Below, piece by piece: positions 19,640 through 28,633 of a stretch of 41,977 nucleotides of DNA. Location: positions 1-41,977 of the forward strand of contig JBDHUR010000005.1 of NCBI GenBank assembly GCA_039809265.1, in the 5' to 3' direction. The stretch's first letter is position 1. Every line of letters begins with the position of its first letter. The notes under the pieces are model-generated. The model was not told the origin of the DNA. It ran no database searches and was given only the letters and a program-made list of their open reading frames with translations. Both the position numbers and the translations under genes were made by a program. Origin of the DNA: Minisyncoccia bacterium. GTDB lineage: Bacteria > Patescibacteriota > Minisyncoccia > Phycocordibacterales > UBA9973.

Positions 19640-20233
19640 ATGATGCCTAAAGTATATATATTTATGGGGTCACAAGGCTCTGGTAAGGGTACACAAGTGT
19701 CTCTTTTAAAGTCAAAATTGGAAGAAAAGTTTTCAGAAATGAGCACTTTGTTTATAGATACTGGCCGAGGCTTCCGAATGTTGGCTTCTGAAGATACTTT
19801 TACTACTTTGAGAATGAAGGAAAGTTTGAATGCCGGAGACCGTCAGCCAGACGCTTTGGCTATATATATATTTATGTCAAAGTTGATATATGAAATGAAA
19901 GAAAATCAAAATTTGATCATAGATGGATCACCTAGAACTGTTTTTCAAGCTGAAGCACTAGATACCGTATTACATTTTTATAAATTTACAAAACCGATAG
20001 TTATAGTGCTCAATGTAAACAAAGATGAAGCAAAGAAGCGCATGTTGCTTCGCAAGCGTGTGGATGACTCAAAGGAGAGCATAGAAAAGCGTTTAGCTTG
20101 GTATGAGGACGATGTATTGCCAGCCATCGAATACTACAGAAAACATGATTATTATAATGTCATAGATATAGATGGTGAACAGTCGGTGGAAGACGTGCAC
20201 AAAGAAATCATTGCTAAAGTTGGTTTAGTTTAG
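19640..20233 (+). CDS. adk: Adenylate kinase-family NMP kinase, short-lid type
   Basis: GSQGSGKGTQ, IIDGSPRT..QA, R.DD, IDGEQ; precedes map; start ATG 19640 or 19643. Confidence 0.88.
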   Translation: MMPKVYIFMGSQGSGKGTQVSLLKSKLEEKFSEMSTLFIDTGRGFRMLASEDTFTTLRMKESLNAGDRQPDALAIYIFMSKLIYEMKENQNLIIDGSPRTVFQAEALDTVLHFYKFTKPIVIVLNVNKDEAKKRMLLRKRVDDSKESIEKRLAWYEDDVLPAIEYYRKHDYYNVIDIDGEQSVEDVHKEIIAKVGLV

Positions 20234-20239
20234 TTTGTG

Positions 20240-21004
20240 ATGATAATACTTAAAACAAAAAAAGAGATAGCGGACTTGCGCGAAGGCGGAAAAATACTCG
20301 CATCTGTTCATTCTGCGCTTGTAAAGCATGTGAAGATTGGAGTTTCAACAAAAGATCTGGATAATATAGCTATTGAGCTTATCAAGAAGGCTGGAGGTGA
20401 GCCTGCTTTTTTGAATTACAAACCGGAAGGAGTATCGACACCTTTTCCTGCAACTTTATGTGTTTCTGTGAATAATGAAATAGTTCACGGTATACCAAAA
20501 GAAAATAAAATCCTGAAAGATGGTGACATAGTTTCTCTTGACTTGGGTGTGAAGTATAAGGGTTTGTTTACGGATGCTGCGATAACAGTGCCAGTTGGTA
20601 AGATTTCCAAAGCAGATAAGAAGCTTTTGGATGTTACAAAAGAAGCTCTGAATGTAGGTATAGAACAAGCTAGGGTTGGTAATACTGTCGGCGATATTGG
20701 CTACGCTATAGAGAAATATATAAAACCATATAAATATGGCATAGTGAAGGATTTGTCTGGGCATGGGGTGGGTAAATATATACACGAAGATCCATATATT
20801 CCAAACTACGGTAAAGCTGGCAAAGGAGAGAAGTTGACTGAAGGTATGGTGATAGCTATAGAACCAATGATAAATGCCGGCACAAGTAGAATAAGTGTAG
20901 ATCGGGATGGGTGGACAATAAAAACAGCAGATGCTTCACGTAGTGCGCACTTTGAACATACGGTTGCTATAACAAAAAACGGACCAATCATTTTGACAGA
21001 GTGA
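20240..21004 (+). CDS. map: Methionine aminopeptidase type I
   Basis: SVNNEIVHGIP, GHGVG..IHEDP, AIEPM, SAHFEHT. Confidence 0.98.
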   Translation: MIILKTKKEIADLREGGKILASVHSALVKHVKIGVSTKDLDNIAIELIKKAGGEPAFLNYKPEGVSTPFPATLCVSVNNEIVHGIPKENKILKDGDIVSLDLGVKYKGLFTDAAITVPVGKISKADKKLLDVTKEALNVGIEQARVGNTVGDIGYAIEKYIKPYKYGIVKDLSGHGVGKYIHEDPYIPNYGKAGKGEKLTEGMVIAIEPMINAGTSRISVDRDGWTIKTADASRSAHFEHTVAITKNGPIILTE

Positions 21005-21046
21005 ATATTACAACACTCTTGTTGTAAACTGTGATACAATACAATC

Positions 21047-21373
21047 ATGGCTATCTTAAATAACGAAGATGCAAATAATCTAATAAACAACCATGTTGAA
21101 GTTGTGTCTGTTTTGGAACAGCACTCTGATGTGATGGAGTCTGATCCAAAGAAAACTGTAAACTTTGTGCGTGAATACCAGACTTTCCAACAAAAAGTGC
21201 TTGCTAGGCAGGAATCCGAGCGGTCTTTGATAGAGCAGAAAGCTCATACCTTACGACAGCGATTAAGCGAACTTTATATGGCAGAGAAGCAATACGTCTC
21301 CACTGTTTCTTCAGAAGATGCAGTCAATAATGTTATAAACAGGATAGATCATTATAGGTTTGGTAGTAATTAA
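21047..21373 (+). CDS. Hypothetical helical/coiled-coil protein, 6 nt upstream of the VirD4-like gene
   Basis: 108-aa ORF filling the gap; TGaTACAAT -10 element 6 nt before ATG. Confidence 0.65.
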   Translation: MAILNNEDANNLINNHVEVVSVLEQHSDVMESDPKKTVNFVREYQTFQQKVLARQESERSLIEQKAHTLRQRLSELYMAEKQYVSTVSSEDAVNNVINRIDHYRFGSN

Positions 21374-21379
21374 AGTTGT

Positions 21380-24109
21380 ATGGAAGGTTCTTTGGAAAAT
21401 TTGCCAAAATTTGGAAGCGCAGAGGAAGAGTTGGTGTATTTGCGCGAGCATGTTGCGCGCCGCGAGCGTGAGCTCGCGGCGCAAGGGCGCGAATCAAAGC
21501 CGGAGCAAATAGCTCGGGAAACTCTACGTGAGTATAAAACTGTACCAAAAGAGTCTGTGCTGTCTGCTTCAAACCTTGTAAAAGAGGAAGAAGCCGCCGG
21601 TCTTGTACTGCGCTTGAAACCAGAAGTGCACGATGACAAGATGGCAGAAATGCTGCACGTCATAGAGACAAAGGGTATAAAGAACGCTATGAGCTTGGTA
21701 GAAAGCATGAACAATCCGCACTTGGATGATGACTTGCACAGGTTCTTGGTGCAGTATCTTGTGGCAAAGAAAACAGACGGTGGCTTGCGCGAGAAGTCCC
21801 CGCTCGCAAAGTCTTTGCACATGAGGCTCTTTGAGGTCTCTTTGCCAGAGAAAGAAAAAGATGATGCTCGCGGATACAAGGAGATGGTGTCTGTGATGGA
21901 GCAGTTTTTCTCCGGCATGCAATCTGTTTCAGACGGCAGAGATAATATGGGCAAGAATTATTTTACTCTAGAAATAGCCTTGTCAAATCAGTCCAGCCAA
22001 GTAGTTTTCTATGTTGGAGTGCCTGCATCAAAGGCAGATCTTTTTGAGAAGCAGATTCTGGCTTCGTTTCCAGATGCGAAATTGAATGAGACAAGCGACG
22101 ATTACAATATTTTCTCCGAGAGCGGAGTTTCTGCAGGAGCGTACGCAAATTTTGAAACTCATCAAGTATATCCTATAAAAACATACGACACACTGGACCA
22201 CGACCCTATGAATACTATCCTCAACGTCTTCTCCAAGCTTGAAGGACACGGCGAGGGTGCAGCAATACAGTTTGTCATCTGTCCGGCAGGGAACAATTTT
22301 ATAGAAAAATACAACCAAGTTTTGGATAAAGTAAAAGAGGGCGAAAGCGTAAAGCGAGCTTTGTCTTTGTTTGGATCTATTGCTCCTGCATTTATGGAAG
22401 CGGGTAAGACTTTGATTTTCGGCCATGATAATAAAGAAAAAGACAAAAAGGTGGACGACAATGCTGTAAGTCGGATAACAGAAAAAATGAAGTCCACTAT
22501 CGTGGCAACAAATATCCGCGTTATGGCTTCCTCTGGTAGCAAAGAGCGGGCAGAGGCCATACTTTACGACATAGAGTCTGCGTTCAACCAGTTCTCGGAA
22601 GCAAACAGCAATGCTTTTGTATTTGAAAAACTGAAAGGCAATGATCTGGCAAAACTTTTCCATGAATTTTCATACAGAATGTATAACGAAAATCATGCTT
22701 TATCACTGAACTTCAAAGAACTGGCAACTGTTTTTCATTTTCCATTCGGCGTTTCAAATGCTCCGCAGCTAAAACAAGCTACAGCTTCCACTGCGCCAGC
22801 ACCAATGGATATGAAAGAAGATGGGATTTTCCTTGGCTACAACGAGTACAGGGGCGAGAAGAGAAAGGTTTTCTTCGGCCGCGAAGACCGTATGCGGCAT
22901 TTCTATGCTATCGGCCAGACTGGTACAGGTAAGACTACAATCTTGAAGAATATGATAATCCAAGATATAAAGAATGGCGACGGTGTTTGCTTTATAGACC
23001 CGCACGGATCAGACATACAAGACTTGCTCGCACATATCCCCCCCGAGCGTTTGGATGATGTTATTTATTTTGACCCAGCCTACACTCCACGGCCTATGGG
23101 ACTTAACATGCTGGAATACGATATAAACTACCCAGAACAAAAAACTTTTGTGGTGAACGAGCTTTTAGCTATTTTCAATAAACTTTTTGATATGAAAACT
23201 GCCGGCGGGCCGGCCTTTGAGCAGTACTTCAGGAATTCTGCATTGCTTGTTATGGAAGATCCGGATTCCGGTATGACATTGCTAGAGATCGGCCGCGTAC
23301 TGGCAGATAAAGCTTTTCGAGATTTAAAAATATCTAGATGTAAAAATCCGATAATCAAGCAGTTTTGGGAAAATGCGGAGAAAACTTCCGGAGAGCAATC
23401 CCTGGCGAACTTCGTGCCGTATGTTACAAACAAGTTTGACGTTTTTGTTTCCAACGACATTATGCGTCCTATAATAGCGCAAGAAAAATCCGTTTTTAAT
23501 TTCAGGGAAGTCATGGACAAGAAGAAAATCTTGCTCGTAAACTTATCCAAAGGAAGACTGGGTGATATAAACGCAAACCTTATCGGCCTTATCCTCGTGG
23601 GCAAGATAACCATGGCAGCGCTTTCGCGCGTTGACATACTTGGCAAAGGCAAGGTAAACGACTTCTATCTGTATATAGACGAATTCCAAAATGTGACCAC
23701 AGACTCTATTGCCACCATTCTTTCCGAAGCACGAAAATACCGTTTGTCTTTGAGTATCGCGCATCAATATGTAGAACAGCTGGAAGAAAATATTCGCAAT
23801 GCCGTTTTTGGCAACGTAGGCTCTATGGCTATACACAGAGTTTCTCCTGAAAATGCGGATATTTTTGCAAAACAGCTTGAGCCGACTTTTGGTGCAAGCG
23901 ATATAATAAAACTTGAAAATCTGCACTGCTATGTGAAGATGCTTGTCGGCGGAGTGCCTGCAAAACCTTTCAATAGTCATACTCCATTCCCGTCTGAGGG
24001 CAATAAAGAGGTCGTAGACGATATAAAAGAGCTTTCGTACCTAAAATTTGGCCGCCCTCGCGAAGAAGTGGAAGAAGAAATAATGTTCAAGTATAAGATG
24101 ATAGGGTAG
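21380..24109 (+). CDS. VirD4/TraD/TrwB-like (type IV coupling / HerA-FtsK superfamily) ATPase with long N-terminal domain
   Basis: RMRHFY.IGQTGTGKT Walker A, FIDPHG, LYIDEFQ Walker B, SEARKY.L....AHQ, A.FGNVGS. Confidence 0.88.
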   Translation: MEGSLENLPKFGSAEEELVYLREHVARRERELAAQGRESKPEQIARETLREYKTVPKESVLSASNLVKEEEAAGLVLRLKPEVHDDKMAEMLHVIETKGIKNAMSLVESMNNPHLDDDLHRFLVQYLVAKKTDGGLREKSPLAKSLHMRLFEVSLPEKEKDDARGYKEMVSVMEQFFSGMQSVSDGRDNMGKNYFTLEIALSNQSSQVVFYVGVPASKADLFEKQILASFPDAKLNETSDDYNIFSESGVSAGAYANFETHQVYPIKTYDTLDHDPMNTILNVFSKLEGHGEGAAIQFVICPAGNNFIEKYNQVLDKVKEGESVKRALSLFGSIAPAFMEAGKTLIFGHDNKEKDKKVDDNAVSRITEKMKSTIVATNIRVMASSGSKERAEAILYDIESAFNQFSEANSNAFVFEKLKGNDLAKLFHEFSYRMYNENHALSLNFKELATVFHFPFGVSNAPQLKQATASTAPAPMDMKEDGIFLGYNEYRGEKRKVFFGREDRMRHFYAIGQTGTGKTTILKNMIIQDIKNGDGVCFIDPHGSDIQDLLAHIPPERLDDVIYFDPAYTPRPMGLNMLEYDINYPEQKTFVVNELLAIFNKLFDMKTAGGPAFEQYFRNSALLVMEDPDSGMTLLEIGRVLADKAFRDLKISRCKNPIIKQFWENAEKTSGEQSLANFVPYVTNKFDVFVSNDIMRPIIAQEKSVFNFREVMDKKKILLVNLSKGRLGDINANLIGLILVGKITMAALSRVDILGKGKVNDFYLYIDEFQNVTTDSIATILSEARKYRLSLSIAHQYVEQLEENIRNAVFGNVGSMAIHRVSPENADIFAKQLEPTFGASDIIKLENLHCYVKMLVGGVPAKPFNSHTPFPSEGNKEVVDDIKELSYLKFGRPREEVEEEIMFKYKMIG

Positions 24110-24181
24110 TAAGTCGGGCTTTATAAAAAAAGCTTTTTCTGCTATAATAGTAAGTACTTTATAAGTTATTTATTTTTTTGT

Positions 24182-24649
24182 ATGACATACGAACAATCGC
24201 TTATTATCTTTAAACCAGATACAATACAACGGAATCTTGTTGGAGAAATCATGAACCGTTTTGAGCGTAAAGGTCTTAAAATTATTGGTTTGAAAATGAT
24301 AAGTCTACAAGATACTCTTATAGAAGAACATTATGCTCACATAAAAGACAAGCCATTTTTCCCTGGTATTCGTGATTTCATGAAGGCTACTCCAGTGATT
24401 GTTATGGCTTTAAGAGGTGTAAATGCTATTTCTGTGATCAGGCTTTTAGTTGGTCCAACAAAAGGTTATGAGGCAGATGCGGGAAGTATTCGCGGTGATT
24501 TTTCTATGAGTACTCAATCAAATATTGTCCATGCTTCTGATTCTGTAGAAAATGGTGAAGTAGAAGTAAATAGGTTTTTTAAAAAAGAAGAACTATTTGA
24601 ATACGAAAAGATTGATACAGATTTTGTGTACGCAGAATATAAAAAATAA
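24182..24649 (+). CDS. ndk: Nucleoside diphosphate kinase
   Basis: KPD, EEHYAH..KPFF, GSIRGDF, NIVHASDS (catalytic His). Confidence 0.98.
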   Translation: MTYEQSLIIFKPDTIQRNLVGEIMNRFERKGLKIIGLKMISLQDTLIEEHYAHIKDKPFFPGIRDFMKATPVIVMALRGVNAISVIRLLVGPTKGYEADAGSIRGDFSMSTQSNIVHASDSVENGEVEVNRFFKKEELFEYEKIDTDFVYAEYKK

Positions 24650-24757
24650 ATTTCCTAAAACCATACTCTTCATCAAAGTTTTATTATTATTGAAATTAAA
24701 AAACAGAAAAAAGTTTCGTCTATATTGTGTAAATTTGTGAGACGAGTATACTTTAAG

Positions 24758-24919
24758 TACGGTTATTTGGAATATTACCTAGAAACAAATATTACCAGGG
24801 AGCAAAAACCGTAACATATTGCTTTGGCATGTTGTTCAAGCGCCCACTTAGCTTTATTGCTAAAGGTAATATCTGCCAGATAGCCGTAAAAAGCTCATCC
24901 GCGTGCGGGTGATTTTTTT
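24758..24919 (+). ncRNA. Candidate independently transcribed rod-shaped ncRNA (6S/SsrS-like architecture)
   Basis: TTGTGT-16bp-TATACT (24725-24752) upstream; 5' TACGGTTATTTGG pairs with CCAGATAGCCGTA; ATATTACCT pairs with AGGTAATAT; terminator 24895-24919. Confidence 0.55.
24895..24919 (+). terminator. Intrinsic terminator closing the candidate ncRNA
   Basis: TCATCCG-CGTG-CGGGTGA then T7. Confidence 0.7.
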
Positions 24920-24947
24920 ATGCCCGCATTTCTGCTAGTATAAACTT

Positions 24948-25373
24948 ATGAATAAGAAGCTTATAAACCGCATAGCACTGCTAATACTCGTCATATTTTC
25001 CCTAAACTTGCTTGCGTCCAAGTTCTATTGGTATTCTGCGCTTTGGTGGTTTGACATGCCTATGCATTTTTTGGGCGGAGTGTGGCTTGGGCTCGCCTCT
25101 GTCTGGTTTTATTTCTTTGGCAGGAAACATAAGCCGATGCCAGAGATAAATGTTTCAAGAATTGTAAAAATATCCATCATATCTTCGTTTGTTATAGGTT
25201 TCGGCTGGGAAATATACGAATATATTGTGCAAATGCTAGTGCCTGCAGCCAACATTGCTAGCCCGCTGGATTCTGTTTCCGATCTATTTTTCGACACAGC
25301 CGGCGGCGCAGCAGCGGCTATTTATCTGCTTTCACAGATTTCTTTTGGAGAAAACAGCAAAAGTGATATATAA
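24948..25373 (+). CDS. Multi-TM membrane protein, DUF2238/VanZ-like (D..MH..GG, WE..E, DS..DL)
   Basis: Four hydrophobic segments carrying conserved-looking D/H/E residues. Confidence 0.7.
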   Translation: MNKKLINRIALLILVIFSLNLLASKFYWYSALWWFDMPMHFLGGVWLGLASVWFYFFGRKHKPMPEINVSRIVKISIISSFVIGFGWEIYEYIVQMLVPAANIASPLDSVSDLFFDTAGGAAAAIYLLSQISFGENSKSDI

Positions 25374-25382
25374 TATTTTTAT

Positions 25383-26795
25383 ATGTCCGATAAAAATTCA
25401 AAGAAGCTGCGACTTACTTTTTGTGCCGGTACTGGTACTGTGACGGGCGCAAACTTTTTGCTCGAGGGGCCACTTGATGAGAATGGAAACTTGCTGGAAG
25501 GTGAGGCTGGAAAAAAGTTTCTGATAGATTGCGGTTTGACTCAGGGTACAAAGCTTGCAGACGATGTAAACTGGCAAGATTTCCAATATGACCCAGCTAG
25601 CATAGATATACTTTTCATAACTCATGCGCACATAGACCACATAGGCCGCATACCCAAGCTTGTGCACGATGGCTTTAGGGGAAAAATAGTTTCTACCAAG
25701 GCTACAAAAGACCTTGCTTTGCCGATGCTCATGGATACTGTCGGTATTTTAGGTAGGGATACTGCAGATGGCTTGGATGAAATATATAACGAAGACACTG
25801 TAAAAAAGATAATGAATTTGTGGGAAGGCATAGATTATCATCAAAAGATGAACATCGCAGGAGGCTTCCAAATGTCATACAAAGATGCTGGACATATACT
25901 CGGCTCCGGTATGCTGGAAGTGGTTTTCAATGGCAAGAAGATAGTTTTCACCGGAGACCTTGGCAACTCTCCTTCGCCTATATTGCGTGATACAGAGGTG
26001 GTAGACGATGCGGACTACCTAGTAATGGAGTCTGTGTATGGAGACAGAAATCACGAAAGCCGAGATGAGCGCAATAAAATGCTTGAAAGAGCGATAGAAG
26101 AAAATTATAAAAACAAAGGAGTTCTTATTGTGCCGACATTTTCACTAGAGCGTAGTCAGGAACTTTTGTACGAGATAAACAACTTTGTGGAGAACAAGCA
26201 GATACCTCGTATGCCTATATACTTTGATTCGCCGCTTGGGATACATTTGACTGAAGTTTATAGAAAGCACACAGAGTGCTTCAACGAAAATGCAAAGAAG
26301 CTTATTGCCAGTGGGGATGATATTTTTACTTTCCCTGGGCTTCATGTCACTTTGTCTACAGAAGATTCAAAGGCTATCGCCGAATCTTCAAATCCAAAGA
26401 TCATCATTGCCGGCTCTGGCATGAGCAATGGTGGGCGTATCATCCACCACGAGCAGCGCTTTCTGCAGCATCCAGAAAATACCTTCCTGCTTACTGGGTA
26501 CCAAGCTGTCGGTACTATGGGTAGAATGATAGAAGATGGTGCAACACATGTCATGATAAACGGCGTAGATACGAAGGTGCGCGCACGTGTGGTAAAAATC
26601 GCAGGGTATTCCGGACATAAAGACTCAAACCACTTGCTAGAATTTGTCTCACATATGGCGGACAAAGTGAAACAGATATTTGTGGTTATGGGTGAGCCAA
26701 AGAGCTCTCTTTTCCTTGTGCAGAAAATACGCGACAACTTTGCTTTGAATGCAACTGCGCCAAGTGTGAACGATGTGGTAGAATTGGAAATGTAA
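25383..26795 (+). CDS. MBL-fold beta-CASP ribonuclease (Ysh1/CPSF73-like family)
   Basis: THAHIDHIG, AGHILGS, FTGDLG, MESVYG, GSGM..GGR, YSGH. Confidence 0.92.
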   Translation: MSDKNSKKLRLTFCAGTGTVTGANFLLEGPLDENGNLLEGEAGKKFLIDCGLTQGTKLADDVNWQDFQYDPASIDILFITHAHIDHIGRIPKLVHDGFRGKIVSTKATKDLALPMLMDTVGILGRDTADGLDEIYNEDTVKKIMNLWEGIDYHQKMNIAGGFQMSYKDAGHILGSGMLEVVFNGKKIVFTGDLGNSPSPILRDTEVVDDADYLVMESVYGDRNHESRDERNKMLERAIEENYKNKGVLIVPTFSLERSQELLYEINNFVENKQIPRMPIYFDSPLGIHLTEVYRKHTECFNENAKKLIASGDDIFTFPGLHVTLSTEDSKAIAESSNPKIIIAGSGMSNGGRIIHHEQRFLQHPENTFLLTGYQAVGTMGRMIEDGATHVMINGVDTKVRARVVKIAGYSGHKDSNHLLEFVSHMADKVKQIFVVMGEPKSSLFLVQKIRDNFALNATAPSVNDVVELEM

Positions 26796-26805
26796 TAAAA
26801 CTTTT

Positions 26806-27390
26806 ATGGGAGACAATGAAAAGCACAGTCATAGAAAAATAAAGATCGGAGTTTCTGGTGCAGCAGAGACAGGCACTTGCGGCGTGAAGGCTTTTGAGCA
26901 AGCGAAAGAACTTGGCAGAGAGATCATACGCCAAGATGGCATACTCGTCACCGGTGCAACTACAGGCTTTCCACTTTGGAGCGCTATGGGCGCAAAGGAA
27001 GAAAGAGGAATTTCCATTGGACTGTCTCCTGCTGCCAGCGAAAAGGAGCACCTGGAGAGCTACCGCTTGCCGGTAGACTATATGGACCTGATAGTATACA
27101 CAGGGTTTGGATTTCCTGGGAGAGATTTGCTGTTTACGAGGTCTTGCGATGCTATCCTTATCGGCTGCGGACGCATAGGCACAATACACGAGTTTACAAT
27201 CGCCTTTGAAGATGGCAAACCGATAGGAGTTTTAGAAGGCGAGTGGACTATGGATGAGACTATCCGCGAGATACTTGCCCGTGGAAACCGCCCGAACGAC
27301 AAGATAATATTTGACGAAGACCCAAAACGACTTATAGAGAAAATAATTGAACTTGTGAAAAAAGATAAACTTGCAGAGAAGAGCTTATAA
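26806..27390 (+). CDS. LOG/SLOG family protein (putative nucleotide monophosphate nucleosidase)
   Basis: IGVSG, LVTG..TG.P, GA, IG.SP, TG.G..GR, G..GT..E motifs. Confidence 0.8.
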   Translation: MGDNEKHSHRKIKIGVSGAAETGTCGVKAFEQAKELGREIIRQDGILVTGATTGFPLWSAMGAKEERGISIGLSPAASEKEHLESYRLPVDYMDLIVYTGFGFPGRDLLFTRSCDAILIGCGRIGTIHEFTIAFEDGKPIGVLEGEWTMDETIREILARGNRPNDKIIFDEDPKRLIEKIIELVKKDKLAEKSL

Positions 27391-27398
27391 ATAAAAAT

Positions 27399-27438
27399 AA
27401 GCAAAATAAAATCCCCTTATGGGGATTTTATTTTGCTT
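27399..27438. terminator. Bidirectional terminator between the LOG gene and rplT
   Basis: AAGCAAAATAAAATCCCC-TTAT-GGGGATTTTATTTTGCTT, perfect 18-bp stem overlapping the rplT stop. Confidence 0.85.
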
Positions 27439-27772
27439 TTGCGATAATACGAGAGAATGTATCTTTGTGTTTTTCAGCTAGAGTTGCAAGTATCTTGCGG
27501 TCCAGCTTTATATCTTTTTTCTTCAGTGCACCCATAAGCTTAGAGAAGGATATACCTTCTGCCTTGGCTGCTGCGCCTATCTTTGTCTGGAAAAGTCCGC
27601 GCTTGTCAGACTTTTTGTCTTTTCTGTGGGCAAAGGCATATGCACCGGCGTGTAGTAAAGCATCTTTTGCTTGGCGTTCCTTTGTGCCGCGTCCGTGGCG
27701 GAAGCCTTTAACCTGCTTCAATATTTTTCGTCTTCGCTTTAGAGCGATAGTTCCTCTTTTTACTCGTGTCAT
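27428..27772 (-). CDS. rplT: 50S ribosomal protein L20
   Basis: MTRVKRG, I.LDRKILA.LA. Confidence 0.98.
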   Translation of the reverse strand: MTRVKRGTIALKRRRKILKQVKGFRHGRGTKERQAKDALLHAGAYAFAHRKDKKSDKRGLFQTKIGAAAKAEGISFSKLMGALKKKDIKLDRKILATLAEKHKDTFSRIIAKAK

Positions 27773-27827
27773 GTTGGGGTAGCTACTAGCTTCGCGAGCT
27801 TAGTTAGCTTGTTAGCTTTTTAATAAT

Positions 27828-28013
27828 CTAAGCAAAAGGCATCAAGTGGCTTTTGTCTTTCGGCTTTATCTTAAATTCCTGACCTTTCCTGCCGGCAAGC
27901 TGCTTTGTGCGAGATTGCTTTGCATTGAAATGGTTGAACCCTGGTGTACGGCCGATAATCTTGCCATTTTTTGTAACCTTCAACCTTTTTGTATATGATT
28001 TGTTTGTTTTCAT
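27828..28013 (-). CDS. rpmI: 50S ribosomal protein L35
   Basis: MKTNKS..KR.KVT.NGK, NH; between infC and rplT. Confidence 0.93.
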   Translation of the reverse strand: MKTNKSYTKRLKVTKNGKIIGRTPGFNHFNAKQSRTKQLAGRKGQEFKIKPKDKSHLMPFA

Positions 28014-28014
28014 A

Positions 28015-28533
28015 TTATTGCTGTTTCTTGGTGTCCTTTTCTATGGTCACCATCAGACCTTTCGGGCCTCTTTTAAATGGTTCTGCTATCTTGTAATGCT
28101 CTGTGATAAGGTTTAGCACTCTTCCCAAACGTTCTTTTAGGAACGCTTCTTCCATGCCTTTGGCCCTGCCCGCCAGATACAGCTCTGCTTTTATCCGGTG
28201 GCCTTCCTTTAGCCATTTGGAAGCTGTTTTGGCTTTCAGCTCCAAGTCGTGGTCTCCTGTTCCGATCTTTATCTGTATAGACTTCGTCTCTGTACTGTGT
28301 GCATTAGCTTTCGCTTTCTTTTGCTTTTTATTCTTCTCGTATTGATACTTGCCGTATTCCATTATCTTGGCAATGGGCGGTGTCGCGGTCGGACCTATTT
28401 CTATAAGGTCCATATCTTGGTGGGAGGCTAGCTCCATGGCTTCTTTAAAGCTCATAACGCCAAGGTTGTTGCCTTCGCTGTCTAAGATACGAAGTTCGGA
28501 TGCTCTTATTTGGTTATTTATTCTTTCCTTCAA
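28015..28533 (-). CDS. infC: Translation initiation factor IF-3 (probable TTG start)
   Basis: INNQIRA, MDLIEI.P.A.PP.AKIMEYGKYQYE, HD...K. Confidence 0.97.
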   Translation of the reverse strand: MKERINNQIRASELRILDSEGNNLGVMSFKEAMELASHQDMDLIEIGPTATPPIAKIMEYGKYQYEKNKKQKKAKANAHSTETKSIQIKIGTGDHDLELKAKTASKWLKEGHRIKAELYLAGRAKGMEEAFLKERLGRVLNLITEHYKIAEPFKRGPKGLMVTIEKDTKKQQ

Positions 28534-28571
28534 ATGTTTTAGATAAAGATATCCGATAAACCGTCAGACAT

Positions 28572-28600
28572 ATAGTAGCCTATTTGCCGGTTTTTGGCAA
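28572..28600 (-). promoter_or_regulatory. Promoter for infC-rpmI-rplT
   Basis: Minus strand TTGCCA-17bp-TACTAT. Confidence 0.7.
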
Positions 28601-28633
28601 GTCTTATGGGTTTTGTGCTAAAGTGAGTTTTGT

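Noticed and set aside
28531-28536. ATT start for infC
   Set aside because: The nearby ATT is out of frame; the in-frame candidate is TTG.
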